A stretch of 24,538 nucleotides of DNA, taken from positions 4,488,228-4,512,765 of the forward strand of contig NW_019091357.1 in NCBI RefSeq assembly GCF_001949145.1. The letters run 5' to 3'. Position 1 is the stretch's first letter; each line of letters starts with the position of its first letter. A model generated the notes under the pieces. The model had not been told where the DNA came from and did no database searches. It saw only the letters and a list, made by a program, of their open reading frames with translations. A program made the position numbers and the translations under genes. This DNA comes from Acanthaster planci. Lineage: Eukaryota. This document shows, piece by piece, positions 11,701 to 21,848 of the stretch.

Positions 11701-14700
11701 GTGTTTGACCTCGGATCTTTTTGAAGACTGGTTTAACCTTTGACCCTGCGGTTTTCCCTTTTTCGGTATTTCAGGCAAGCTGGTTGTCCTACCCCAGGAT
11801 GTAACGGAGTGGGTCACATCAAGGGGGCCAAATACACTGGACATCACAGGTTTGTCGCTTCGTTACGGCTCAGTCGTGTTTGTAAGATAGTTAGTCCCCT
11901 ATATCACTGCTTGTCAGACAGAGGAGTGTTTTAGAAGCCTTTTGTTTCAGTTTCATAAAATAGTTTTTGTACTTCTTACGTGCAGAAACTTCTGTGGGCA
12001 AAGTTTCCAATTCCAGTTTTCAAGCCCTGAATGAATATTTCACAGAGAATCTTGCACGCGTTTGTCATGGGCACATCAAGAACTAACTTTTCCGGGGGGC
12101 CAAACAAATTTCGAAATTTTTCATGCAACCTTTTATTGCCTCTCTGATGGGTGAGGCTATATTGTGGGACTCTCTACATGGTGTTGGAAGGACGGGAAAT
12201 GATATAGACCCCCCAAAACCCTTTCATTATTTTCAAAAACGATTTTTGAGGGGGCTCCTGAGGAACCCTCATTCACCTCCTCCCCCCATCCACCCTTTGT
12301 GCTTGTGTTCTGCACGGTATACACAACTGGAAGTCCTTGGCGTAGCCGTACATGTGCAACTTTCACAGACTTGTGGTGTAATTTGTTGACTTGGCAGCGC
12401 CTTTGGGTGCCCGTACTCCCTCCTGAATATGGCCAAGGAGACGACCTTAATCGATCGACTATACACAGGCTCCAAGTCATTGTCAAAGGACGGGAAGAAG
12501 TCACCGGCCGAATCACCAGAGACAAAGTGAGTTGGTGGAAGAAAGTGCAGCGTCCAAGTTTATAATAGCAAACTGTGCATAGAGCCTCTTCATGTGGCCC
12601 CTTTGCACTGGAGTCTGAACTCACTGGTCCTTGGAGTTCTGTCTGGTTGTCATCAGGTTGTGTCCCTAAGCAAGTTGGTTTACTTCAGTTGATACCGTAA
12701 ATCCATAGCTTTTGCGGTATAGATGGATTTCTGATGAAGAAGTTTTCCTTGAACCCTATGGCATCTATATCTGGTTTCAAAAGAGTGGAAAAACAATAGG
12801 TTGGAATTTTGTCAGTTGCTGATACAGTAGTTAACTTTGAGTATGAATTTTGTCAGTTGCTGATACAGTCGTTAACTTGGAGTATACAAATTTGTCTGAA
12901 GGGACACTTGTTGTATGCCCTCTTTGCCGGCTGCCGCCATGGGCATGCAGAGCCTCAGTCTGGCAGCTTTACACAAATCACTAAGCTGGCTCAGTGCTCC
13001 CGTGCATGCGATTGAAAAAAGCTGCGTTGGCGCAATTCTGACGTGACTGTACAAGTTGCCAGTTCCAGGCTCTGCATGCCTATGGCGGCAGCGTGCAAAG
13101 AGCGAATTGCAGGCAGCTGTACTTGACTTATCTGGAAGGTCATAAATGCGGGCAATTTTTGTAATCAAACTTTGCACTTTGAATGTTTTGAATGCGCTTC
13201 CCCCCTTTTTTTTTAACTAGGAAATGCCCCACCCCTGGCTGCGATGGCTCCGGCCACGTGACGGGCAAATACTCGGGCCATCACAAGCTGTCTGGCTGCC
13301 CGCTGAACGAGAAGAACCTGAATGTCGTGAACGGTGGCGAGGGCAAGCTGGTGAACCCCTCCCCCTCGCCCAGCCCCAGGGGTCCCGGCCGTCCCCCACT
13401 GCCCCTGGCCCTGGGAAGGGGCAAGCGAAAGTAAGAAGACCTCTGCGTCTTTGGAGCTGTTGAAAATGATCGATTTAAAGATGGATTTTTAGTTTTAAAT
13501 GTTGGTAGGTAGGTCCAGGAAAAATAATTCAAAATTCACTTTTTGCATTGATAGAAATGTATGTGTGTTCAGATTGTGTGTGAGATTGAAAATTTGAGTG
13601 GTTGGGCCGAAGATCAAGAAAATGTGGAAAAAGTTGAAATCAAAGACTATAATGTATTCAATGATCCCTTGTCTTAACCTGTGTCAAGCATTTTCAGTGA
13701 CAGTTGCAAGTTGTGTTGCACTTTCTGTTTGTTTAATACAAGGGATTCACAATAGTGCGCCTCCAAGAGTTTGCAACGCATTGACCAATCATAATGCGTG
13801 AAATCTGTCGACCATTTCCAAACGCGCATTGGGTCAACAGATTTTGGGCATTGTGATTGGTCAATGCCTTGCAAACTCTTGGAGGTGCACTATTGTGAAT
13901 CACCCGTATTGACACAGACATTAATCACTTACCTTGTCATTTTTTTCCTGTGATTAAAGCTATCAACGCTCCACTTAGATGACCTCGTGGTCGAATCACC
14001 GACTTAAAAAATTAAATCTTTGTGGAACAAGAAAGCTGTGGTAAAAAATTAGCAGGGCAAATTTCTGGAGCTGTCAGAGTTGCGTTTTGTTCTCTCTTCC
14101 TTTAGCTTTTTGTTCTCAATCAAAGCGTAACAGTCATTTTTGTTAAACAGACGCTCCCTGTCTGCGGCGTCATTTGTAATTTATGGATTGTATTTCTCAT
14201 CTAAACAGGCACAAGGGCACTTCCCTTCTCTTGCCACAAAAGAAAAAGAAGAAATCCCACCCAGACAAGGATGAAAGTAAGTCCAAGAAATGAACGTGCT
14301 GAACAAGAGCAGTTTTGAGCCCACACAATGGAGAAACAAAAAGTACATTTAGAGAAGAGTCAATTATATAACCTTGCATGATAGTGTCATCGCCAACAAT
14401 TATTATTCAGTCTCCATCGTATTGCTGTCTATACAAAATCTTACTTCTTCTGTACATGTGAGGCCATGATGGGAATACTGGTCTTGAAATTACTCACACA
14501 ACTTTATTAGAAGTAGCCGCAGCCTCAGTCAAGTAAGTCAGACAAGGCCCAAAACTCTGTGAGGGGTTGGGAAGAAAAAAGTATGGTGGAAGCTTTCAGT
14601 TGTCTCAGGATGGAAGCACCGCTTTCACCTGGTAGGGTATGAACCTCCCTCTGAGGTTCTGCTGTGCCTCTGTTGTGGTGAAATGAATTTTGATTGGCTC

Positions 14701-16020
14701 TTGTTGGACTAAAATCATGGACGGAATTAAGAGGCGATTGTGAGACAGCAGGGTTTAGATTTTACTTCTTAAATTTCGCAATGGGTATTCAGCAAATCAA
14801 GCGAGATGTTTCAAATGGACATCTTTTTTTTATGCTGTCCCTCTCATTGGTGTTGTAGTCAAGACCATCACAAGACCAGACACAAGACTAGACACAAGAA
14901 CAGACTCGAGATGAGACACAAGACCAGTCACAAGTAACAGGGTGAACATTGACAAAAGGAATGCTTTTGTTGCAGTTCATTTGAATTGTGACTTGAATTC
15001 AGACTGGAGGTCTTGTGTTGGTTTTGAGATGGTCTTGTGGGGTCTTGTGATGGTCTTGAGATTGTCTTGTAGGGTCTTGTGATGGTCTTGCGATAGTCTT
15101 GTGGGGTCTTGTGATGGTCTTAAGAGGCCTCAACTACAACTGTGCCTCTCTTGTCTCTGTCCCTGCTTTAATAATCCCAGACGTTCTTCCCCTTTGTGTA
15201 GAATCGTCCAAGACCAACCTCCACCACCAGCTGCACCAGTCGGTCTTCATGTCTGCCATGTCACCCAACCCGGCCAGGGACTTGCCCCTCTGCTGGGAAC
15301 AGCACTCCAAGCTCTTGCCCGGCCTGGCCAACCTGTCCTGCAGCACCGTGGCCAAGTGGTCCACGGAGGAGGTGGCCGACTTTGTGCGGAAGCTGCCGGG
15401 CTGCGGCGACCACGCCTCCAAGTTTGCCGAGGAGGTGAGAGAGAGAGAAAGCGAGAGAGAGCGGGTTTTTCTTCATTCCCGTCGTACATTAAAACCACTT
15501 GTAGTGTTCAGACTGAATGGTAATACCTCATTTGTTTAGTTGAAAGCATACTGTTCGACGCCTCTTCAGCAAGACACGATTTCTTCTTGAGTCTGAATTT
15601 CCTAGACGTGGGTGCAGAATCAGGGGAAGTCAGGAGACGATGACGAAGATGAGATTCGGAAAAATTTCCAGAGAGAGTTTGTGGATGTTGATTCAAGAAT
15701 TCCAAGGGGAGGTTACAGATCTCATCTTTGTCTTCGTCAGCTCTGTCCAGAGTGCCAAAATGATTTTTCAAACATTTAACACTGGAACAAAACTAACGTC
15801 CTCCAGATCCTGGATGCTGCTGAATTGGAGGTACAAAAGCAAGGCATGTTTTGCAAATTTTCCTATTTTTGTCCACTTTTTTTCCCCTCAGCAAATCGAT
15901 GGCGAGGCCTTCTTGCTTCTGACGCAGACGGACATCGTCAAGATCATGACCATCAAACTCGGGCCGGCGCTCAAGATCTACAATGCCATTCTCATTCTGA
16001 AGAGTGCGGAGGAGGCATGA
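2605..16020 (+). CDS. L3MBTL: Lethal(3)malignant brain tumour-like protein (L3MBTL1/3/4 group), 18 coding exons, ~945 aa: FCS ZnF, 3xMBT, 2xCCHHC ZnF, SAM
   Basis: join(2605-2797,3307-3629,4284-4458,5047-5182,5514-5625,6173-6248,6477-6556,7115-7349,8751-8842,9301-9532,9990-10075,10505-10758,11775-11849,12398-12526,13221-13430,14209-14276,15202-15434,15892-16020) = 2838 nt. All introns are GT-AG and phases chain without stops. Recognisable MBT ([21 protein letters not shown]), CCHHC and SAM motifs. Confidence 0.93.
3307..3629 (+). CDS. L3MBTL: L3MBTL exon 2, acidic low-complexity region ending [16 protein letters not shown]
   Basis: Pyrimidine tract then aaag|AT; donor AAG|gtgaga; the C-terminal motif resembles the L3MBTL3/4 N-terminal motif. 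Confidence 0.85.
4284..4458 (+). CDS. L3MBTL: L3MBTL exon 3, [12 protein letters not shown]...KYATSL
   Basis: ctctgcag|TTC; donor G|gtaagc; continues the LPGSDxKFxxNEFGxLE motif. Confidence 0.9.
5047..5182 (+). CDS. L3MBTL: L3MBTL exon 4, FCS-type zinc finger (CEQC...RFCSQSC)
   Basis: Not in the ORF track. Translated by hand: [45 protein letters not shown]; ttcacag| acceptor, AA|gtacgg donor. Confidence 0.88.
5514..5625 (+). CDS. L3MBTL: L3MBTL exon 5, basic NLS-like (KKKVGRKPK); alternative donor at 5616 possible
   Basis: ccctgcag|G phase 2; donors AAG|gtgaag (5616) or GAG|gtttga (5625), both phase 0. Confidence 0.78.
6173..6248 (+). CDS. L3MBTL: L3MBTL exon 6, [25 protein letters not shown]
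   Basis: T-rich tract then gcag|GCC; donor CAG|gtgaga; supplies the needed phase 0 to 1 change. Confidence 0.78.
6477..6556 (+). CDS. L3MBTL: L3MBTL exon 7, MBT1 arm [27 protein letters not shown]
   Basis: ttctcttag|GC; GAC|gtaagc; FxWxxYL..A.AP..F MBT arm motif. Confidence 0.92.
7115..7349 (+). CDS. L3MBTL: L3MBTL exon 8, MBT1 core
   Basis: [78 protein letters not shown]; acacag| acceptor and G|gttggt donor. Confidence 0.95.
7925..7930 (+). other. Candidate 6-nt alternative microexon GCAGAG (adds two residues, PKG-RG-F)
   Basis: Pyrimidine tract 7869-7894, TGC at 7906 and 7911, aatag|GCAGAG|gtaagt with a perfect donor; frame-preserving. Confidence 0.55.
8751..8842 (+). CDS. L3MBTL: L3MBTL exon 9, MBT2 arm [31 protein letters not shown]
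   Basis: ctctggcag|GC; AAT|gtaaga. Confidence 0.92.
9301..9532 (+). CDS. L3MBTL: L3MBTL exon 10, MBT2 core (methyl-lysine pocket)
   Basis: [24 protein letters not shown]...[26 protein letters not shown]; ctcttcag| acceptor and G|gtaact donor. Confidence 0.95.
9990..10075 (+). CDS. L3MBTL: L3MBTL exon 11, MBT3 arm [29 protein letters not shown]
   Basis: caccacag|AC; CCG|gtaagt; not in the ORF track. Confidence 0.92.
10505..10758 (+). CDS. L3MBTL: L3MBTL exon 12, MBT3 core
   Basis: [28 protein letters not shown]...[10 protein letters not shown]...LHPVGWC; tctcag| acceptor and GG|gtaagt donor. Confidence 0.95.
10791..11011. repeat. GACTCGAGTC-rich repeat with an internal 42-bp tandem duplication; probable MITE remnant
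   Basis: ACTCGAGTC at 10807, 10849 and 10891 (period 42) and again ~11002; many GACTTGA/GACTC motifs. Confidence 0.65.
11775..11849 (+). CDS. L3MBTL: L3MBTL exon 13, first CCHHC finger N-half ([21 protein letters not shown])
   Basis: atttcag|G; AG|gtttgt. Confidence 0.9.
12398..12526 (+). CDS. L3MBTL: L3MBTL exon 14, first CCHHC finger C-half [22 protein letters not shown]...
   Basis: ttggcag|C; AA|gtgagt; completes HHSAFGCP. Confidence 0.9.
12804..12885. repeat. 41-bp direct tandem duplication (2 copies)
   Basis: GAATTTTGTCAGTTGCTGATACAGT(A/C)GTTAACTT(T/G)GAGTAT at 12804 and 12845, 2 mismatches. Confidence 0.9.
12920..13102. mobile_element. Foldback/MITE-like inverted repeat, ~60-bp arms
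   Basis: CTCTTTGCcgGCTGCCGCCATgGGCATGCAGAGCCT... mirrored by ...AGGCTCTGCATGCCtATGGCGGCAGCgtGCAAAGAG. Confidence 0.7.
13221..13430 (+). CDS. L3MBTL: L3MBTL exon 15, second CCHHC finger [26 protein letters not shown] plus Pro-rich linker
   Basis: ttttaactag|G; AA|gtaaga; canonical MYT1-type C2HC motif. Confidence 0.92.
13735..13910. mobile_element. Palindromic MITE-like element, ~80-bp arms, ~18-nt loop
   Basis: GATTCACAATAGTGCgCCTCCAAGAGTTTGCAAcGCATTGACCAATCA mirrored at ~13855-13901; the ORF track shows the same peptide ([10 protein letters not shown]) on both strands. Confidence 0.75.
14209..14276 (+). CDS. L3MBTL: L3MBTL exon 16, basic linker [22 protein letters not shown]
   Basis: ctaaacag|G; A|gtaagt; supplies the needed phase 2 to 1 change. 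Confidence 0.8.
14849..15143. mobile_element. MITE with subterminal CAAGAC/GTCTTG arrays (copy 1)
   Basis: TIR-like GTTGTAGTCAAGACC ... GGCCTCAACTACAAC; left array of ACAAGACC, right array of GGTCTTGT in inverted orientation. Confidence 0.7.
15202..15434 (+). CDS. L3MBTL: L3MBTL exon 17, [19 protein letters not shown] plus SAM N-part
   Basis: tttgtgtag|AA; GAG|gtgaga; [19 protein letters not shown] motif. Confidence 0.94.
15437..15461. repeat. Imperfect (GA)n microsatellite directly after the exon 17 donor
   Basis: gagagagagagaaagcgagagagag. Confidence 0.7.
15892..16020 (+). CDS. L3MBTL: L3MBTL terminal coding exon, SAM C-part [33 protein letters not shown]..., stop TGA
   Basis: ttttcccctcag|CAA; Polyhomeotic/L3MBTL-type SAM motif. 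Confidence 0.95.
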   Translation, partial: QIDGEAFLLLTQTDIVKIMTIKLGPALKIYNAILILKSAEEA

Positions 16021-18820
16021 ATAACCTCACCAAACATCAGGTTGCTACACTCCTCGAAAGCTCCCTCCTATAACGTGGGGAGCCTGCTTTGATGGAGGGT
16101 GGTTCTTTGTATCTGAAAGGAATCTGTGAAAGTACATATCTTAAGGCAAAGATGCAGCCGAAAAGGCAGAGTGATATTGAGGATAGCCAGTGCATGGCTT
16201 TTAAGGAGAAGGCTGATCAAATACAGTGAACGCTTCAACCGTACGGATATGTCATCACTGTTTGACCAGCAGTACATTATGAAGACAACTTCTGAAATAC
16301 CCAGTGATAAATCCTTATTTCTCCCCATGTTGTCTGTAGAACACAGGCTCTGTGTAACATAGAGGACCAATGAAAGGGTATTTGCATGTCAGTGTTAACC
16401 TTTGGTAACGTGTATTATATTAAGGAAGTGAGGCAGGCTAGTTACTTCCGTTACTGAGTAGCCTGTGAAGTGAAGTGGATGGCAAGGAACCAGTCTGAAA
16501 GTGAACGTGAGTTCATTTGGTGGTGTCAGCCACTGATTTCTGTGGAAAAAAGTCTGGGCAACTCACTGGCCATTCCGAGCTGTCGACAAAAGTGAAGTTA
16601 CACACTGGTTGCTGAACCCTAGCTACATTGTAATGTGCAGAGGGAACCAGTCTCAACTGCTCCCATCATTCAGAAAAAAACCTTTACCGATCTACAGATT
16701 GTGGCAATATAGAGGACAGTGACTTCACTTCTGACAGCCAGTGGTCTGTCCAGACTTTTTTTTTAAACCTAAGAAAAGTAGTAGCAGTGAACCCTTATCA
16801 CGTTCAGCATCAGGTTTTTATTACATCGCCGAGTGAGAACTGTACAGCGAGTCCAAGACTGCCAATCTGTGAAACAGAGGGCGACAGCTCAGAGCGATCC
16901 TGCCAGATCCAAGGGATGCCAAGTAGCATAAAGTTTCAAACTCACCTGTAGATGATGGAGCCCAGAATGTAACATACATGTAGCACAGTAAAGTGGAGTA
17001 CATTGTTATGCTTTCCACAGTCTGCCCCAGACTGGTGCTGCTTCATGAATTAAGTGGTTTTTTTTTTTTTCTCTTCAGTGCAGAAGTCAGTACCAGTATG
17101 TTCCAAAATGTAAATAAAGACCGCCCCTGCATTTGGGTAAAAGGGGGAGGGGCATTAATGTTTAAAGAATAACGGCTGTGCTTTGCTTTCCTACAGTGTA
17201 GAGGCGAGGTGAGGCCGAAACGCCAAGCATCACTCATTTCTCATGGTAGATTCTGCCCTGAGTTATTAGAGTAGGTGGGCAGTGCACAAGTGCACCAGGT
17301 TGCCAAGAACATCATCAGGTTTTAACACGAGGAATTGTGAAAAGCATGTTAACTTTTTCCTTCGAAAGTGTAGCCAACAGTACTGTGGTTAAGACAATTT
17401 ACTGGTAAAAGGAAACTCGATATGAAGAAATTATGCCAAAATTCCCTTAAAATGAAGATAAACGAACGTAGATTGACTTAAATGAACTGAAATACATTAC
17501 TAGGAAATGAGACCATCAAATGCAGCTGTAGTTATCAAGTACAGTGCTACCAAGAATTTAAAATCCATCTCTTTGATTGTGTCATCCAAGTTATTTATAG
17601 TCTCAGGTTTCCATTCCGTCCCTGCCTCGTGGGACCAGGTAGCAAGTACAGATTATCACAGACGTCTCTTCCGTTGGACTTCCTCTCCAAAATCATGACT
17701 AGTTGGCGTGTTCATGTGTCCATGGATTTCACGGTATAATCTGCTACATTTTGATGGCTCTTTTTATACACCGTAACTGAAACAAGTAATTTCCTTTCTA
17801 GTGTGTTATTTTCATACAAAGTAATGGAAATGTGCAACGTTTCAAGACATTTTTAAAAATAGTTTCCTAACCCGGACCCCACGTACGCTGTAGGCTTGGA
17901 TAAATTAACCTTAGAAGATTTCTGCCTTGTTAAATTGCATGTTTCCATTTCAAAGGCATATACATGTAATTCTCAAATCCTTTAGAGGATTTTGGAATCA
18001 CACGACTGCTGAAAAAAAAAAGGCAAAATTCATATTTTGGACAGGCTAAAGCTTTTTCTTGCGTAATTGTAGTTTAAAACAGTTTTATTGTGATCAAACT
18101 TGGTGAACCATTTTGAATGTTTCATCACAGCATATACTAAAGATTCAAAAGTGGAAAAACCTGCAGCCACTTGCCATTGCCATTGCCCAACGTAGCAAAC
18201 CATCCCATAGTGCTTATAGCCTCGAGCCAGTCACATGTATAGACCAAATTGGTGTCTACTGTACGTTGAATGAATCATGGCTGGGACTGATGTCTAAAAA
18301 TAGTTTGACCTTGTCTGGATAGCTGAGGTGTAGTACTTTTATCTTGAAAGATCTCTGCAATACAGATCTGACCAGGCAGCTGTGCTACAAATGTATGTGT
18401 GAGCAGCATGCATGCCATCGAGCTGCTCCGTTGTGTTGAAATGACCTATGTTAGGTCGGTTATAAATATCGCCTCCAACAGGGATGACTAGTTTCTTATG
18501 TCATTGCCAACTGTTACAAAACCCCTGCTTGTTGGATGTTATTTGTGCACATGCGGAGGATTTCGCTTTTGTCCAGATTGTTACCCCAAAGTATTTAACA
18601 CTACTTAGGTTGTTCTCAAGAATACATGTTTTGGAACCAACATAAGGGTATAAAATGTGTTATTGTACATAAAGAAACACTTGGCCTCAAGTTTTACTAT
18701 ATCCTCACTATTAATGTTAAATTGTTAGCATTAACCTTTTTTCAAGTCTGACAGTTACAGTAAATGACCGTAATGTGGTGTACCATATGAACTAAATAAA
18801 GAAGCCGTTGGCTCATGTAA
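16021..18820 (+). other. Probable long 3' UTR of L3MBTL
   Basis: No coding motifs or obvious repeats after the stop; AATAAA at 17113-17118 and 18795-18800; true end unknown. Confidence 0.45.
18795..18800 (+). terminator. Candidate distal polyadenylation signal AATAAA
   Basis: Canonical hexamer, TGTA ~16 nt upstream, T-rich tract downstream. Confidence 0.45.
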
Positions 18821-20029
18821 CTTTATTTAGAAGACTAGTCAAGAATGATTATTGCAGTCACGTATGGTCTGCCAAACGGAAGAGATTAGGTTGAGACTTG
18901 GTTGGGAGTGCACTAGTGGTGTGTGTGTGTGGGGAATCAAGGCATGGCCTGCAAATGGACACATATAGACTTGACCTTGGCTCTGGACGCTCTTGTTAAA
19001 CCAGTGTCCAGTCCCACATAATTACTGCTTCTTGTGACCAGTAATAGCTCATTAAATTGTTCATTTTTGCCAGAAACCCTTAATGATCAAACATGGACAC
19101 AGAACCATATTTCTTTTTTTTGGCGGGGGGGGGACTTTTTGGGTTGGGGCTGATAATTAGGAATTTTATTACGGCCTATGTGAGAGTCAAGTTGAGGCTA
19201 TTTCTTGGGTCTTTTCACATGCCTTTTAAAGGAAAGGGAATGAAATTGACCGAAACAATTGCCTTTCATTTCCCTGAATGGGGGAGGGGGGGAGTGCCAT
19301 AGCCTCCATTGTCCCTCACGCTGGATCTGTCCTTGGACGTTATTGGTTGGTAAGGACAAGATTGACATAGAAATTAGAGCTTTGGGTAAACTAGTTTCTC
19401 ATTCATTCTTCATATATTTTTTTTTCAATCTTTTTTTTTTGGCGTGACTAATCTCATGTGGGTGTGAGCTGGCATGACGCTAACTTGAAATAGGCCTACT
19501 TGAGTCTCACACTTGTGAAATCAAGGATAAAGACCTGTGCTGTGGTCATGATGAAAATGTGCTTTGCTGCCCATTCATCCACCTGATATTTATGGTCATG
19601 AAACATACTAAATTTCCTCTTTGGCCAAGCAGCAGTGTCTATCACAAAGCCAGCAAGCTATCCAGTTTAAATACCTATCGGCTGACCATAAATGCATGAT
19701 TCTCTGATTCTTTTTTAAAGGCTTGTCTTAGGCTAGCTCTGTCTGTTGGGCCTGCAATGGTGAGGAAATCTTTTGCCTAACTTTGCTGTCAGGTCAAGAA
19801 AATGTTGACTAACTCGTAACTTCCCTATTACGGTCAATTTTTTGCCTAACTTTCCACTGACTGGAGGCAGCATACCGATACGGCGGTAATGTGTATGAAA
19901 AAATAATTCCAAACTTTTCATTAACCTTGTAAAGGAACCTGTTCATGGTTTACTCAACTTTACATTTTCGTAGTGACCAACTTCTTCACGTGAATATGGA
20001 ATTTGTGAGACAAATTACCATTTGAAATA

Positions 20030-20200
20030 GGCGGATTATATTTCGATACGTTCTCACCACCGCAATGCAACTCCTTGCATGCAGCTGTACGGCGGTACTC
20101 GACTCGCGCGGTTGACACGGCGCGCGCGGCAGGGCCAATTGTGAAGAGATGACTCAAGAGGGCGCTCTATCAAATTGACGGTGTGCGCGCGAGAAGTGTT
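20030..20200. promoter_or_regulatory. CpG-rich promoter-like island, probably the POP1 promoter
   Basis: Dense CG/CGCG cluster in otherwise CpG-poor non-coding DNA; CCAAT ~20136, TGACTCA 20150-20156; ~1.6 kb upstream of the POP1 ATG. Confidence 0.6.
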
Positions 20201-20413
20201 TTCATGGTGGTATGGAACACTGACTAGGCCAACTGTGTTTCTGCAATTCTGGTAGCCTACTTTGATAGCATCTTCAACAAAAGTTCATGTGTGGGAAAAG
20301 TCGGAGAATAGGCCTATCTGCAGTTCCTTTAGAAAGGTTTGTGTTGTTTGAAAAAAATCATCAAATGCGCTTCTTCTACGTCTGCCGCTGAATGCTACAC
20401 CGATATAGTATTA

Positions 20414-20460
20414 GGTACGAGATGACTTGGGTACGAGATGACTCGAGTACGAGATGACCG
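20414..20460. repeat. 16-bp minisatellite, 3 copies (GTACGAGATGAC core)
   Basis: Core at 20415, 20431 and 20447. Confidence 0.85.
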
Positions 20461-21787
20461 GCTATTTCTACCTTCATGTTACACCTACATATAACTTCTA
20501 CTTGACACCATAGACACGTGTCATGCCTGAGGCTGATTTCACAAAGGACATAGAGCAAGCTAAGGATTATGGATAGTGTAGGGCCTGCATGTATGTAGGT
20601 GGGCCGGGCATGGTGGGATGCCATATGAAGTGTTTAGTCATGCGGAATAGCAATGAATAGTGTTGGGCTAACGTCAGTGAAGACTGTCAAAACCATAGAG
20701 CAAGGAACAGAACAGACAAAGGACACAGGGGACTTTAATTGTCATGTAATCTGTTATGCAGGAATGTTAAATATTGACAGACCGACATGACCGAAGAACC
20801 TCATGATATGGTAAAAATATCATTCTTTATTAATATTCATTTCCCTGTTATTTAAGAAAGTTATTAAAAAGTCAAAGAGCTGTTGCAATGCCAAACACCA
20901 GGACTCACCCTTTCAATAAATATATCTTCCTTGTGTAGCACGTCTTCGTCACCAGTTACCGTAGATTTCAAAGAGCTTCAGCTGCATAGATCAGGCAGGA
21001 ATTGTGGTCGAACCCACTAAAAGCTGCCTACTCCTGGGCACAAAGAGATCTGAAATTTTGTGAATTGCTTCAATGACATGAATGACAGACTTTGAGTTGT
21101 GAAAAGGAAAAATTCAACTGCAATGTGGTTTTTTTGGTAATCTCTTTTCAAAGCCTTAGGTGCACAGAATTCAGAAATAGGTAGATCAAGGATACTGCAG
21201 ACTGAGGACGGGGGTAGGCATGATAGGCCCTAAAGTAAACTGTGTGCAATCTTGCCCACTAGTAACCAGTAGACATGGTAGAGGCCTCGTCCCTCTTCCC
21301 CAGGGCCCATCCAGTTCATTGTATTTTGAACTGAGAGAATTTGAAGTTCTCACTGAAGAATTTTGGCAACACCACATGAGGATAGTCAAGGGAAATGTTG
21401 AAATGGGCCACGTTAGGGAAGTTGGAACTCTATGATACATGTACAAGGCGCATGGCCAAGGTGCAAGGCGTCAGTAGCTTGTGTCATTGGAATTCATACA
21501 TACAGATTACATCATTAGATGCGTGGGTAAGAGTTCCAAATACGAACATCTCCAGTTTTCCCTTGCAGTGGTTTATTAGCCATCATAAAGTGATTACATG
21601 TCTTAAAATTCAATTTAGCAGGGAAAATTGAAACATACAGGCAGTCACATGTAATCATGAGCTAGTGCTGGTTTGTCCATCATTCTTGGTGGGAGTTATT
21701 CCTCCATGGTTTGAATTCCATCATGTCACCAGGCGTGTCAGGTTTCCCTGAAATTCTGAGGGATAAGAGAAGAGCAGGCGCACTGTC

Positions 21788-21848
21788 ATGGAGGGCCAAG
21801 AGGGACCAGCTGCCAGGGAGGAGGATATTTTGGCTATCAACCCGAGGG
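21788..21848 (+). CDS. POP1: POP1 probable first coding exon [20 protein letters not shown]
   Basis: gtcATGG context; in-frame TAA at 21764; G|gtaagt donor, phase 1 fits the next exon giving [11 protein letters not shown]. Confidence 0.7.

Noticed and set aside
12060..12300. G/C-run-rich patch, possibly a degraded MITE (similar patch at ~19100-19335)
   Set aside because: Termini and TSDs are too degenerate to define by eye.
14525..14540. cag|TCAA|gtaagt 4-nt microexon-like signal
   Set aside because: Frame-shifting and has no upstream pyrimidine tract.
16018..16073. Stop-codon readthrough or selenocysteine at the L3MBTL TGA
   Set aside because: Context TGA-ATA is not the CTAG readthrough motif, the SAM domain is already complete, and I recognised no SECIS.
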